Assembly (NCBI GenBank): GCA_963835065.1
Contig: CAWIEK010000046.1
Location: 119,219-183,218 of the forward strand
Reading direction: 5' to 3'
Length of the DNA: 64,000 nt
Source: an uncultured Chthonomonadaceae bacterium
Lineage (GTDB): Bacteria > Armatimonadota > Chthonomonadetes > Chthonomonadales > Chthonomonadaceae
How positions within the stretch are numbered: position 1 is the first letter of the stretch; the number at the start of each line of letters is the position of its first letter. The notes beneath the pieces were generated by a model that worked only from the letters and a program-made list of their open reading frames with translations, was not told the origin of the DNA and ran no database searches. The translations under genes were made by a program, and so were the position numbers. Shown here piece by piece: positions 50,736 through 60,735 of this stretch.

Positions 50736-53700
50736 ATGTGGATTGTTCAGCTCGCCCTTCGGCGTAAATACACGTTTGTGGTCATGTCGCTGTTTATCGC
50801 CCTGTTGGGCATTCTGACCATTTTTCGCACTCCCACCGACATTTTCCCCGTGATTGACGTGCCCGTCGTCAGCGTGATCTGGTCGTATGGCGGCCTGTCG
50901 CCCGAAGACATGGAGCGGCGTATCGTGTTCACCAACGAACGCGCCATGACCACCACTGTCAACGACATCGAACACATCGAATCGCAATCCCTCCCCGGCG
51001 TGGCCGTCATCAAAGTGTTCTTCCAGCCCAACGCGGACGCGCAGGCGGGCGTGGCGCAAATCACGGCCATCTGCCAGACACTATTGCGCGCGTTTCCGCC
51101 CGGAACCACGCCCCCGCTCATTTTACAGTACAACGCTTCCAACGTGCCTGTCGTGCAGGTGGGCGTGGGCAGTAAAACGCTCAGCGAGCAGCAGTTGTAC
51201 GACCTGAGCCTTAACACCGTCCGCACCCAGTTTGTCACGCAGCAGGGTGTTTCCATTCCCCTGCCTTATGGCGGCAAGCCGCGACAGGTCAGCGTTGACC
51301 TCGATATTCAAGCGCTGCAAGCCAGAGGGCTGTCGCCCTCCGATGTGGGCAACGCGATTGGCGCGGGTAACGTCATCCTGCCGGCGGGAACCGTGAAAAT
51401 CGGGGACAAAGAGATTTTTGTTCGGCTCAACAGCCAGCCGGGACTGGTAGACGAACTTAACAACATTCCCATTCGCGTGACTAATGGCTCGCCCGTTTAC
51501 GTCAAAGATGTGGCCTTCGTGCATGATGGCAACGCGGTGCAGTCCAACCTCGTCAATCAGGACGGCAGGCGCGCGGCCCTGCTGACGATCCTGAAAAACG
51601 GCAAGGCGTCCACGCTGGATGTTGTAAACCGCGTGAAAGCGAAACTGCCGAGCGTCCGAGCCTCTGTTCCCAAAGAACTGGACTTGCAGCTGCTGTTCGA
51701 CCAGTCCGTGTTCGTGAAAGCGTCCGTGCAGGGCGTAATTCGGGAAGCCACGATTGCCGCGTGTCTGACTGCCCTGATGATTTTGCTGTTTTTGGGCAGC
51801 TGGCGCAGTACCCTCGTTGTCGCCACGTCTATCCCGCTTTCCATCCTGTCTTCGCTTACCATTCTGGGCGCGCTCGGCCAGACCATCAACATTATGACAT
51901 TAGGCGGCCTGTCGCTTGCCGTCGGCATCCTCGTGGACGACGCGACGGTTGAGATCGAAAACACCAACCGCAACCTGGCAATGGGCGGCAAATCCCTGAC
52001 CCGCGCCATCCTGGACGGCGCGAATCAGATTGCCGTGCCTACGCTTGTCGCCACTCTGTCTATTTGCATCGTGTTCGTGCCCGTCTTCTTCCTCACGGGG
52101 GTCGCCAAGTACCTGTTCACGCCCCTTGCCCTCGCCGTCGTGTTCGCCATGATGAGTTCCTACCTGCTGTCGCGGACACTCGTTCCCGTCATGGTGCAGT
52201 TCCTGCTGCCCAAAGACGTAGACCGCATCGTCGCCGAGGAAGCCGGCGAACGCCATAACTGCGAGGAAATGCCGGAGGAGACAGGAAGAAAAGAAGAAAA
52301 GAAGAAAAGAAGAAAAGGAGAAGGGGAGAACCCAACACCGAACACTGAACACCGAATACCGAACACCGGAGCCAGAGTTTACGACAACACGCCTGCCAAT
52401 GAAAATACCTTGCCGCGTTTGCAGAACGGGGCGCGGGTGTATGACGATGGCCTCGCCAATGAGCATACGTTTGGTTCCGATAAGGGCGGGCCGGCGCTGA
52501 ATGGGCGCGTGGGCGATGATGGGCTGCCGCATGACCATTTGCCGCCCAAGCCCAAAGACGACAAGGGCGACATTTTCTGGCGGATTCACCACAAGTTCAA
52601 TATCGTGTTCGAGCATCTGCGGGAACGTTATTGCACCGGTTTGAAATGGACGATGGAGCGTCGGCTGCTGGTCGGCCTGATATTCGGCGCGTTCTTCCTT
52701 GTCTCGTTCTGCCTGACGCCCTTTATCGGCAAGGACTTCTTTCCCCGCGTGGATGCCGGCCTGATTCGCATGCACGTCAAGGCGCAGCCCGGAACCCGAT
52801 TGGAAGAAACCGAACACCTGTTCAGCCGCGTGGAAGGCGTTGTGCGGCAGGTAATTCCCAACAACGAGATACAAACCATCATTGACAACATCGGCCTGCC
52901 GGTTGGCGGCGTCAATCTGGCATTCAGCGATATTTCTACCATCGGTTCGCTGGACGGCGATATGCAGATTGCGCTCAAGGAGGGCGAACACGGCCCAACG
53001 GAGCAGTACATTCAAGCCTTGCGCCGCAGACTGCATCACGACTTTCCCGAAGCGACATTTTCGTTCCTGCCCGCCGATATTACCACGCAGATTTTGAACT
53101 TCGGAATCCCGTCTCCGATTGACATTCAGGTGAACGGGCGCGATCCGGGCAACTACCAGATCGCCAAAGACATCGCCGACAAGGTAAAACTGATTCCGGG
53201 CGCGGTAGATGTGCAGGTGCATCAAGTGATAAACGCGCCGCAGATTGACGTCAACGTGGATCGGACGCGGGCGGGACTGCTGGGGCTGACCGAGCGCGAT
53301 ACAGCCAACAACCTGCTGCTGTCACTAACAGGCAACGGGCAGTCCGCGCCGAGTTTCTTCGTAGACCCGAAAATCGGCGTGAGCTACGGCGTCAACATTC
53401 AAACGCCGCAGCGCGACATTCGCAGCGTAGAAGACCTTCTGAACACGCCCGTGTTGCCCAGCGCGTCCACCGCGCCTTCGGTCACATCAGCGAACGCGCC
53501 GCAGTCGCAATTGCTGTCCAACCTGGCCGCCGTCCAACATTCGCAAACGCCCCAGGTGGTCAACCACTACAACATTCTGCCGGTCTATGACGTGTACTGC
53601 AACACGGAAAACCGCGACCTGGGTGGCGTGGCAAGCGACGTGTACAAGGCTATTGAGCCGTTCCGCAAGCAACTAAAAGGCGGCAACTCGCTGGAAGTGC

Positions 53701-54320
53701 GCGGGCAAGTGCAAAGCATGAACTCGTCGTTTTTAGGATTGGGCGTCGGCCTGATTTTCGCGGTTGCGCTTGTATATCTCTTGATGGTGGTCAACTTCCA
53801 GTCGTGGGTAGACCCGCTGGTTATCATCATGGCCTTGCCGGGCGCGCTGTCGGGCATTTTATGGATGCTGTTCGCCACGCGCACGACGTTCAACGTCCCG
53901 TCGCTGATGGGCGCGATCATGAGCATCGGCGTGGCGACTTCCAACTCCATTCTGCTGATTACCTTCGCCAACGAGCGGCGTCTGGAAGGTGATACCGCGA
54001 TGGAAGCGGCGATGGCGGCGGGTTTCACGCGCCTGCGCCCCGTCCTGATGACCGCTCTTGCCCTGATTTTGGGTATGCTCCCGATGGCGCTTGGATTGGG
54101 CGAAGGCGGCGAACAAAACGCGCCCCTGGGACGCGCCGTTATCGGTGGCTCCACGCTGGCGACCCTGACAACCCTGTTCTTCGTGCCCATCATGTACACG
54201 GTCATGCGCCACAAGCAGGCGGGAATTGACGAAAAAGAAGCCGAAATAGACAAGTTTATCGAGGACGAAGCCAATCTGGCAAAACGCCGCCGGGAAGAAG
54301 CCATTGCCTCGTTAGGATAG
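50736..54320 (+). CDS. RND efflux permease (AcrB/AcrD/AcrF family) with cytoplasmic insertion
   Basis: MWIVQLALRR, GILVDDATVEIEN, RLRPVLMTALA, GEGGEQNAPLGRAVIGG. Confidence 0.95.
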   Translation: MWIVQLALRRKYTFVVMSLFIALLGILTIFRTPTDIFPVIDVPVVSVIWSYGGLSPEDMERRIVFTNERAMTTTVNDIEHIESQSLPGVAVIKVFFQPNADAQAGVAQITAICQTLLRAFPPGTTPPLILQYNASNVPVVQVGVGSKTLSEQQLYDLSLNTVRTQFVTQQGVSIPLPYGGKPRQVSVDLDIQALQARGLSPSDVGNAIGAGNVILPAGTVKIGDKEIFVRLNSQPGLVDELNNIPIRVTNGSPVYVKDVAFVHDGNAVQSNLVNQDGRRAALLTILKNGKASTLDVVNRVKAKLPSVRASVPKELDLQLLFDQSVFVKASVQGVIREATIAACLTALMILLFLGSWRSTLVVATSIPLSILSSLTILGALGQTINIMTLGGLSLAVGILVDDATVEIENTNRNLAMGGKSLTRAILDGANQIAVPTLVATLSICIVFVPVFFLTGVAKYLFTPLALAVVFAMMSSYLLSRTLVPVMVQFLLPKDVDRIVAEEAGERHNCEEMPEETGRKEEKKKRRKGEGENPTPNTEHRIPNTGARVYDNTPANENTLPRLQNGARVYDDGLANEHTFGSDKGGPALNGRVGDDGLPHDHLPPKPKDDKGDIFWRIHHKFNIVFEHLRERYCTGLKWTMERRLLVGLIFGAFFLVSFCLTPFIGKDFFPRVDAGLIRMHVKAQPGTRLEETEHLFSRVEGVVRQVIPNNEIQTIIDNIGLPVGGVNLAFSDISTIGSLDGDMQIALKEGEHGPTEQYIQALRRRLHHDFPEATFSFLPADITTQILNFGIPSPIDIQVNGRDPGNYQIAKDIADKVKLIPGAVDVQVHQVINAPQIDVNVDRTRAGLLGLTERDTANNLLLSLTGNGQSAPSFFVDPKIGVSYGVNIQTPQRDIRSVEDLLNTPVLPSASTAPSVTSANAPQSQLLSNLAAVQHSQTPQVVNHYNILPVYDVYCNTENRDLGGVASDVYKAIEPFRKQLKGGNSLEVRGQVQSMNSSFLGLGVGLIFAVALVYLLMVVNFQSWVDPLVIIMALPGALSGILWMLFATRTTFNVPSLMGAIMSIGVATSNSILLITFANERRLEGDTAMEAAMAAGFTRLRPVLMTALALILGMLPMALGLGEGGEQNAPLGRAVIGGSTLATLTTLFFVPIMYTVMRHKQAGIDEKEAEIDKFIEDEANLAKRRREEAIASLG

Positions 54321-54324
54321 GGGT

Positions 54325-54411
54325 TAGGTGTCAGGTTTCAGGTTTCAGGTATCAGGTATCAGGAACCAGGAGAAGCTGGCCTGACACCTGAAACCTGAAA
54401 CCTGACACCTG
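54325..54411. repeat. Palindromic heptamer element (CAGGTTT)n-spacer-(AAACCTG)n
   Basis: Complementary arms between the RND stop and the MFP start. Confidence 0.9.
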
Positions 54412-54428
54412 TATTTAAGAAAAACGCT

Positions 54429-56339
54429 ATGACACAAGTAAACTCGTTACCACAAAATCCCGCGCACCATCCGCCACAGCAACATTCCGGCGGGAAAAAG
54501 GGTGTTCCCATGACGCTCATCGCGGCGGTTCTTGCCGTGTTGGCAGTGATTGGGGTTGTTATCTTTGGCCTGCTGCCGCGTCTGAAGCAAAACCGCGCTC
54601 TGGCCGAAGAGTCGAACAAGCAAAAAACCGCGCTGCCACAGGTGACGGTAGGTTCCCCGACGCCTTCGCCGGACGCGGATTTGACTCTGCCGGGAACCAT
54701 GCAGGCCATTGCGGACGCGGTTATCGGCGCGCGCTCTACCGGGTATGTGCGGGAACGGCTGGTAGACATCGGCACGAAAGTGAAAGCGGGACAACTGCTG
54801 GCCGTTGTCGAGGCCCCGGATGTAGACGCGCAGTTGGCGCAGGCGCGGCAGCAGACAGCGCAGGTGCAGGCGACCGTACGGCAGGCTGAATCAGACGTTT
54901 CCAGCCGCCGGGCAACGGTCGCGCAGCAGCAGTCGGCGGTGAATCAGGCGCAGGCCAATGTAGAAAACGCGCGGGCGCAGGTTGCGGATGCGGAGGCAAA
55001 ACTGGCGCAGGCGCAGGCGCAGTTGGGAACCGCGCAGTCGCAATTATCGCAGGCGCAGCAGACGGTTGACATCAAGCGCGCGGCCTTGAAGCAGGCGCAG
55101 GCGCAGTTCGACCTTGCCGATGTCACCCTGAAGCGCTATCAAACCCTGCTCAAAGCCGGGTATGTCGCGCTTCAGGACGTGGATCAAAGCCAGGCCAATT
55201 ACGACACCACCCGAGCGGCGGTCAATTCCGCAAGCGCGGATGTGCGGGGCGCGGAAGCCAATGTACAGGCCGCGCAGTCGCAGGTGGCAAGCGCGAATTC
55301 TAACGTGACGGCGTTCCGCGCGCAGGTGACAGCCGCGCAAAAGAACGTGCAGGCGGTGCAGTCAACCGTGAAATCGGCGCAGGCGGCGGTGCGGGCGGCG
55401 CAGGCTAATGTGAGCAGCGCGCAATCCATCGTGCAGTCCGACCAGTCCGCCGTGCAGGCGGCGCGCGCCAACGAGCAGCGGGCGGGCGTGATTACGGGCT
55501 TTTCGCGCATTACCGCGCCCTTCGCCGGCGTGATTACCGCGCGCAACGTGGATGTCGGCTCGCTTGTCAACGCGGGCAGCGGCGCGGCAAGCGGATCTTC
55601 CGGCACGTCAACGGGCAGTACGACGGGCAGCACAGCGGTGCAGGGTACGGCGTCCTCGTCCACTTCTACGCCTACCACGACGCCGGGAGCGGGGCTGTTC
55701 GGACTGGCGCGCACGGATACCCTGCGTATATTAGTCAGCGTACCGCAAACCTACGCTTCCCTGATGCGCCCCGGCTTGACCGCTGATCTTTTCGTGCGCG
55801 AATTTCCGGGCCGCACGTTTCAGGGAACCATTCACTATGTCGCCGGGGCCATTGACGCCACTTCTCGAACCCTGCTGACGGAAGTGCATATTCCCAACCC
55901 GACGAACACGTTACTGCCGGGCATGTACGTGCAGGTGCATTTCGATCTGCCCAAAACGCGCGGGTCACTGCGCATCCCATCCAGCAGCCTCCTTTTCGAC
56001 GCGCAGGGTACGCGGGTGGCTACGGTTACGTCCGAAAACAAAATACACTTTGTGCCTGTCAAGGTAGGCCGGGATTTCGGAACCGAAGTGGAAGTGACGG
56101 ACGGCTTGACGGGTAAAGAGACGCTTGTCACCAATCCGACCGACACGCTGGCGGAAGGCGCGAAAGTGGACCCGAAACAGCCGCCGCCCCCGCCGCCCGG
56201 TCAGCCAGGCGTGGGCAATGGAACGGGCGGCAAGGCACAAGCAAGGGCGATCGCAGGTGGTCAGTCCGGCGGACAGCCCAGATCGCAGTCAGGAGGCCCG
56301 AACAGCCCCGCAGCCAAAATGAATGGCGCCCCGCACTGA
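54429..56339 (+). CDS. RND periplasmic adaptor (MFP) with very long alpha-hairpin
   Basis: GYVRERLVDIGTKVKAGQLLA, Gln/Ala coiled coil, ITAPFAGVITAR, LLPGMYV. Confidence 0.93.
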   Translation: MTQVNSLPQNPAHHPPQQHSGGKKGVPMTLIAAVLAVLAVIGVVIFGLLPRLKQNRALAEESNKQKTALPQVTVGSPTPSPDADLTLPGTMQAIADAVIGARSTGYVRERLVDIGTKVKAGQLLAVVEAPDVDAQLAQARQQTAQVQATVRQAESDVSSRRATVAQQQSAVNQAQANVENARAQVADAEAKLAQAQAQLGTAQSQLSQAQQTVDIKRAALKQAQAQFDLADVTLKRYQTLLKAGYVALQDVDQSQANYDTTRAAVNSASADVRGAEANVQAAQSQVASANSNVTAFRAQVTAAQKNVQAVQSTVKSAQAAVRAAQANVSSAQSIVQSDQSAVQAARANEQRAGVITGFSRITAPFAGVITARNVDVGSLVNAGSGAASGSSGTSTGSTTGSTAVQGTASSSTSTPTTTPGAGLFGLARTDTLRILVSVPQTYASLMRPGLTADLFVREFPGRTFQGTIHYVAGAIDATSRTLLTEVHIPNPTNTLLPGMYVQVHFDLPKTRGSLRIPSSSLLFDAQGTRVATVTSENKIHFVPVKVGRDFGTEVEVTDGLTGKETLVTNPTDTLAEGAKVDPKQPPPPPPGQPGVGNGTGGKAQARAIAGGQSGGQPRSQSGGPNSPAAKMNGAPH

Positions 56340-56618
56340 TGAAAGCGGCGAATCAGCAGTTGGACACTATGAAAGCGATAAACGAAGTTTTCCTTTAGGA
56401 GCGCGCGTAAAGTGCTTCGCTGTATGGCCTGCGGCGTAGGGCCGTAATTTATTCGTCCTGCGGACACAGCCTGTTGGTTCAAGAGTATTCTGTCCGAAGG
56501 ACAGTCGGCGGAACGCCCTACAGCGAAGCGCTTTAGCGCGTCGCCTACACAGCAAAGTTTACGAGTCATTGCATACCCTAAATATGCTTTGTTAGCGATT
56601 ATAAAATCAGGAGCCTTG

Positions 56619-58803
56619 ATGTTTCGCCCATCGTCCCTGCTGCTTGCCGCCTGCCTGTTGGCCCAAGCGGCGGCAGCGCAAAATACGACCCAACCGCCGG
56701 CCGCTCAAAAGCCTGCGCCCGCAGCGAACCCGGCGCAGACGCCGGTTCAACAGGCGAATCCAGCGCAAAAGCTGATTCCGCAGGCAAATCCGGCTCAGGT
56801 TCCTGCGCCTGCGCCGAAGTTTATTCCGCCCCGCGATCCTCGCCTGACTCCGCCGCGCGTACAGGAAACGACAACGCCGCCAGAAGTCAGCGTACCCGCG
56901 CCGCCACAGGCTTCGCCCGACGCGCCCCTGCGCCCGCTCACCGCTGATGACGCCGCCCGCATCGCGTTGCGCTTGCAGCCCAACATCAGCATTGCGCGGG
57001 GGGGAGTGGAAACGCAGCGCGGACGCACCCGGCAGATCAAAGCCGCCCTGATGCCCCAACTCACCGTCACCAGCGGCTACACCTTTGTACAAAATTTGAC
57101 CCACGCCGGACGAGGGGGAAGCCTTGCCGGCGGAACGGGAACCGGGATTGGCACGGGTACAGGAACCGGAACGGGCGGCACAACTGCCGGGGGAACCGGG
57201 ACAGGTACAAGCGGGCAAACCGGCAATCAAGGCGGCGCGACGGGTGGCGGAACCGGCACGGCGACACAGGGCAACGGTGGAGCGGGCAGTACAGGGACCG
57301 GAACAACAGGAACGGGAACGGGCGGCACAACCACAGGCGGCACGGGAACCGGAACAGGCGGCACGGGAACGGGAACCGGCAGTACCGGCAGCACGGGCGG
57401 CAGCGGCAGCACGGGTTCCGGGAATGGCGGCACTTCCAGTTCTGGCAATGGCGGCGCGACGGGCGGAACCGGGGGAACCAACACCGGAAGCACGGGAAAC
57501 ACAGGCACGGGCGGCACGAATGGCAGTGGCGGCACAACGGGTGGAACCGGCACAAGCGGCGGCACGACAGGCAGTGGAACGACGACCGGAACGGGAACCA
57601 CAGGTACAACCGGAACGGGAACAACGGGTACAGGAGCGACAGGAACCACGACCGGCACGACACAGATGGGATCGGGCGGCAGCGGGCAAACGACACCGGG
57701 CGCGACCACGCCGGGACAGACCGGCACAGGCGTCACGACGACGGGCAATTCAGGAGGGGGCACGTTAGGAAACGCTTCCGGCTTGATTCAGGGCTTTTTG
57801 TCGGAAGCCTCGCTGCGGCAGTTGATTTTCGACTTCAACCACACGCTTGATCTGGTGCGGCAAAGTTCGCAACTGGAAAAAGCCGCCACGCAGAATTTAT
57901 CGCGCGTCCAGTCCGACACCGTTTTGGAAGTGAAGCAGGCGTTTTACCTGCTCGTTCAGGATCAGCAGCAAGTTCAGGTGCAGGTATTGGAAGTGGAAAA
58001 CCGGCAGGCGCAGTTGGATCTTGGCGCGGGCGCGCTTCAATGTCGGTTTGGGACTGCCTATTGATATTGTCAACGCCCAAACCGCCAAAGCGGAAGCCAA
58101 CCTCAGTTTGAGCCAGGCGCGCGCCAACGCGGAGCAGGCGCGTATCAATCTGGCCCTGCTCATGGGCATTGATCCGCGCACCCCCCTGCAGACGGCAGAA
58201 GCGGGTGAGCCGCCGCTGACTACGGACGACGTGAACGCCCTTGCGCAGACCGCTCTGCGGCTGCGCCCCGAAGTGCTCCAAGCGCAGGCGCAGGTGCGCG
58301 CGTACCAATATGGCGTGAGCGCCGCCCGCAGCGTCAATGCCCCCGCTGTAACAGGCAGCGCCAACGTGTACTCGCGGGGCGATCAATTTTTGCCGCAGGA
58401 AACCGACCTGACCGTAGGCGTCGGCCTGACGTGGACGCCGGTAGACGGCGGCTTTCGGCGCGGGCAGGTGCAGGAAGCGCGCGGCAATCTATCCATCGCG
58501 CAGGCGCAGTTAAACGCCGCCCAACTCAACGTTACCTCCGATGTGGCAATGGCGTATGTGAACTTGCGCTCGGCGGAAGCGCGGGTTGGCCTTGCCATCG
58601 CGGATGCCGCCAATGCCGAAGAAGGCGTTCGCATCGCAACCGGACGCTACGCCACCGGCCTGGGATTGTTTCTGGACATTATCAACGCGCAAGCCTTTCT
58701 GCTGACTGCCCGCACCAACGTCGTCAATACCCAAAACGCCGTAGAGCAGTACCGCGTCGCCCTGCAACATGCCATCGGCAGCACGGTTCCGCCCCTGCGC
58801 TAA
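56619..58803 (+). CDS. TolC-family outer membrane factor with Gly/Thr-rich insertion (apparent indel near 58022)
   Basis: LTADDAARIAL..QP, LRQLIFDF, ALRLRPEV, RYATGLG..LDIINAQ. Confidence 0.88.
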
Positions 58804-58823
58804 AATCCTCAGAAAGCAAACCC

Positions 58824-59549
58824 ATGAGTCAGTGGATCACAGCGAAGCGGCTGGAAGGCTACCGAGACGATTACAAGCAGGAAAACGAAGACCGGGCTGA
58901 AATCATCGAAGCCGGGGACGCGCTGATTCTGGTGGTTGCGGACGGGGTTGGCGGGCGGGCGAACGGTGGGCCGGCGGCGCAGAAAACCGTAGACATCGCG
59001 CGCAAAGCCATCGGCGGCGAACGGCCCAATGACGAGGCGCAGATATGGGTGGAACGGCTGGCGGGCATTGATCGTATGTTGGAGCGCGACAAGAACGTGG
59101 GACAAACCACTGCCGTGATTGCCGCCGTCGCTTCCAACGGCTTCGGGCGCGGCGACAAGATCGTTGGCGCAAGCGTGGGCGATTCCGGCGCGTGGCTCGT
59201 GATGAATGACCGCGTGGAAGACCTGACGCAGCGGCAAATTGCCAAACCCCACCTGGGCACGGGCGCGGCCTCCCCCGTGCCGTTTCAATGCGACTGGAAT
59301 GAGGGTACGCTCTTACTCGGTACGGACGGCCTGTTCAAGTACGCCGATGCCGCCCGTATTGCCGAAATCGCCCGCCATTCCGATCTGGAACAAGCCGCGC
59401 AGCAGTTGATCGAACTCGCGCGGCTGCCCTCCGGCGCGTTTCAGGACGACATCAGCGTTCTCCTCTGCCGCCACAAAACCATCCCGGACGCCAAAACCGG
59501 AACACCCTCGCTGCTGAAATCCATCGGCAAGTGGCTGCGTAGGCATTAG
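58824..59549 (+). CDS. PP2C-family protein phosphatase
   Basis: ENED, VADGVGG, SVGDS, LGTDGL, DDISV. Confidence 0.9.
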   Translation: MSQWITAKRLEGYRDDYKQENEDRAEIIEAGDALILVVADGVGGRANGGPAAQKTVDIARKAIGGERPNDEAQIWVERLAGIDRMLERDKNVGQTTAVIAAVASNGFGRGDKIVGASVGDSGAWLVMNDRVEDLTQRQIAKPHLGTGAASPVPFQCDWNEGTLLLGTDGLFKYADAARIAEIARHSDLEQAAQQLIELARLPSGAFQDDISVLLCRHKTIPDAKTGTPSLLKSIGKWLRRH

Positions 59550-59654
59550 GCATCAGGCATTAGTACCAGTTGTGCATAGACTTTCACCTTCATTGTGCAG
59601 GGTTTAACCATGCAAGGCTGAACTAATGCCTAATGCCTGATGCCTAATGCCTAC
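59539..59654. repeat. Palindromic heptamer element (AGGCATY)n-spacer-(RATGCCT)n
   Basis: Overlaps the PP2C stop, between convergent genes. Confidence 0.9.
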
Positions 59655-59661
59655 TCCCGCC

Positions 59662-60378
59662 TCACTGCAAGATATTCACGGCGCGGGCGGCGAGCAGCAC
59701 GATGATGGTCAGGGAAATGGCGGATTGCAGCATCATCAGCAGTTTGGCCCAGCGCGACAGAACGGCGGTATCTGTAGGAGAAAGGGCAGTGGAAGTGTTG
59801 AAGGCCAGAAACAGATAGTCGGCGAATTGTGGTCCCCAGGGCTTGCCTTTCAAGTCCGCGTCGTAATCCTCCTGAAGCGTCATCTGCGGAAACACAAACG
59901 AGCCGCAGGGATGCCCGACGCGCAGGTCGCGGGCATTGGGACCTCCCGCATCCAGCCGCCAGTACCACAGGCCAAACACCAGAACGTTGGTTACCCAGAG
60001 AAAAACCGCTGAGTGCAGCAGTTCGATGGGTGTTATTTTGGCGGGGCCATACACGAGCGCCTGAATCATTCGCACGAGAGACCAGATCATAAAGCCCGTC
60101 ATGGTAGCGGCAATGATGTGCCCGACGATTGTATTCAGGCGATGATGACCGGCGCGATGCAGCACAATCGTCGGAATAAGCAGAATACCGACGATAACGA
60201 GCAGCAGCCAGCGTGGTCCTGCCGATAAGTCGCGGGGCAGCGCGTAGTTCAAGCCTCCTGCGCATAATACGGCGATAATGGCCGGCCAGCGCGGCTCCGG
60301 GTCTTCCACAATCTCGGCGGAAGCGTCCTGCGCTCCGCCGGTTTTTGAATTCTGCGCAATTTCCAATTTCGCCTCCAC
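59662..60378 (-). CDS. DUF1345-like membrane protein
   Basis: FGLWYWRLDAGGP, FVFPQM, DYLFLAFNTSTALSPTD. Confidence 0.85.
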   Translation of the reverse strand: MEAKLEIAQNSKTGGAQDASAEIVEDPEPRWPAIIAVLCAGGLNYALPRDLSAGPRWLLLVIVGILLIPTIVLHRAGHHRLNTIVGHIIAATMTGFMIWSLVRMIQALVYGPAKITPIELLHSAVFLWVTNVLVFGLWYWRLDAGGPNARDLRVGHPCGSFVFPQMTLQEDYDADLKGKPWGPQFADYLFLAFNTSTALSPTDTAVLSRWAKLLMMLQSAISLTIIVLLAARAVNILQ

Positions 60379-60408
60379 TAGTTTTTGAGCATTTGTCGAG
60401 CAAGACAG

Positions 60409-60438
60409 TTGACATTAAATTGTCTGCACTGCTATACT
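60409..60438 (+). promoter_or_regulatory. sigma70 promoter upstream of glnA
   Basis: TTGACA-18 nt-TATACT with extended -10 TG. Confidence 0.75.
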
Positions 60439-60735
60439 CTACCCAATTCACACAGAAAATAGTACGCAGGCGATGCGGCTTGCGCGCTTACTCCCATGTT
60501 TCGGCATTTTCGCGCAGACAAATACAACGGCGTCGTTTGTCTGCCGCGTTTGATTCCCCATAGTTCCATTTTCCATGCTGTTTATGGGGCTGGCCTGTAA
60601 CATCATGGCGCTTGCCATGTTTTGCATGGTTTCGGCGGTTGTTGTTCCCGGCGAGTTAGTGATCGCCGCCCGCCCGGTTCCTGTACCGGACGCGAATTGT
60701 TACCCCTCACCACTTTTTGAAGGAGATGAGCGCGC

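Noticed and set aside
60440..60735. Known glutamine (glnA) riboswitch
   Set aside because: I could not match its consensus by eye; kept only as an unassigned structured leader.
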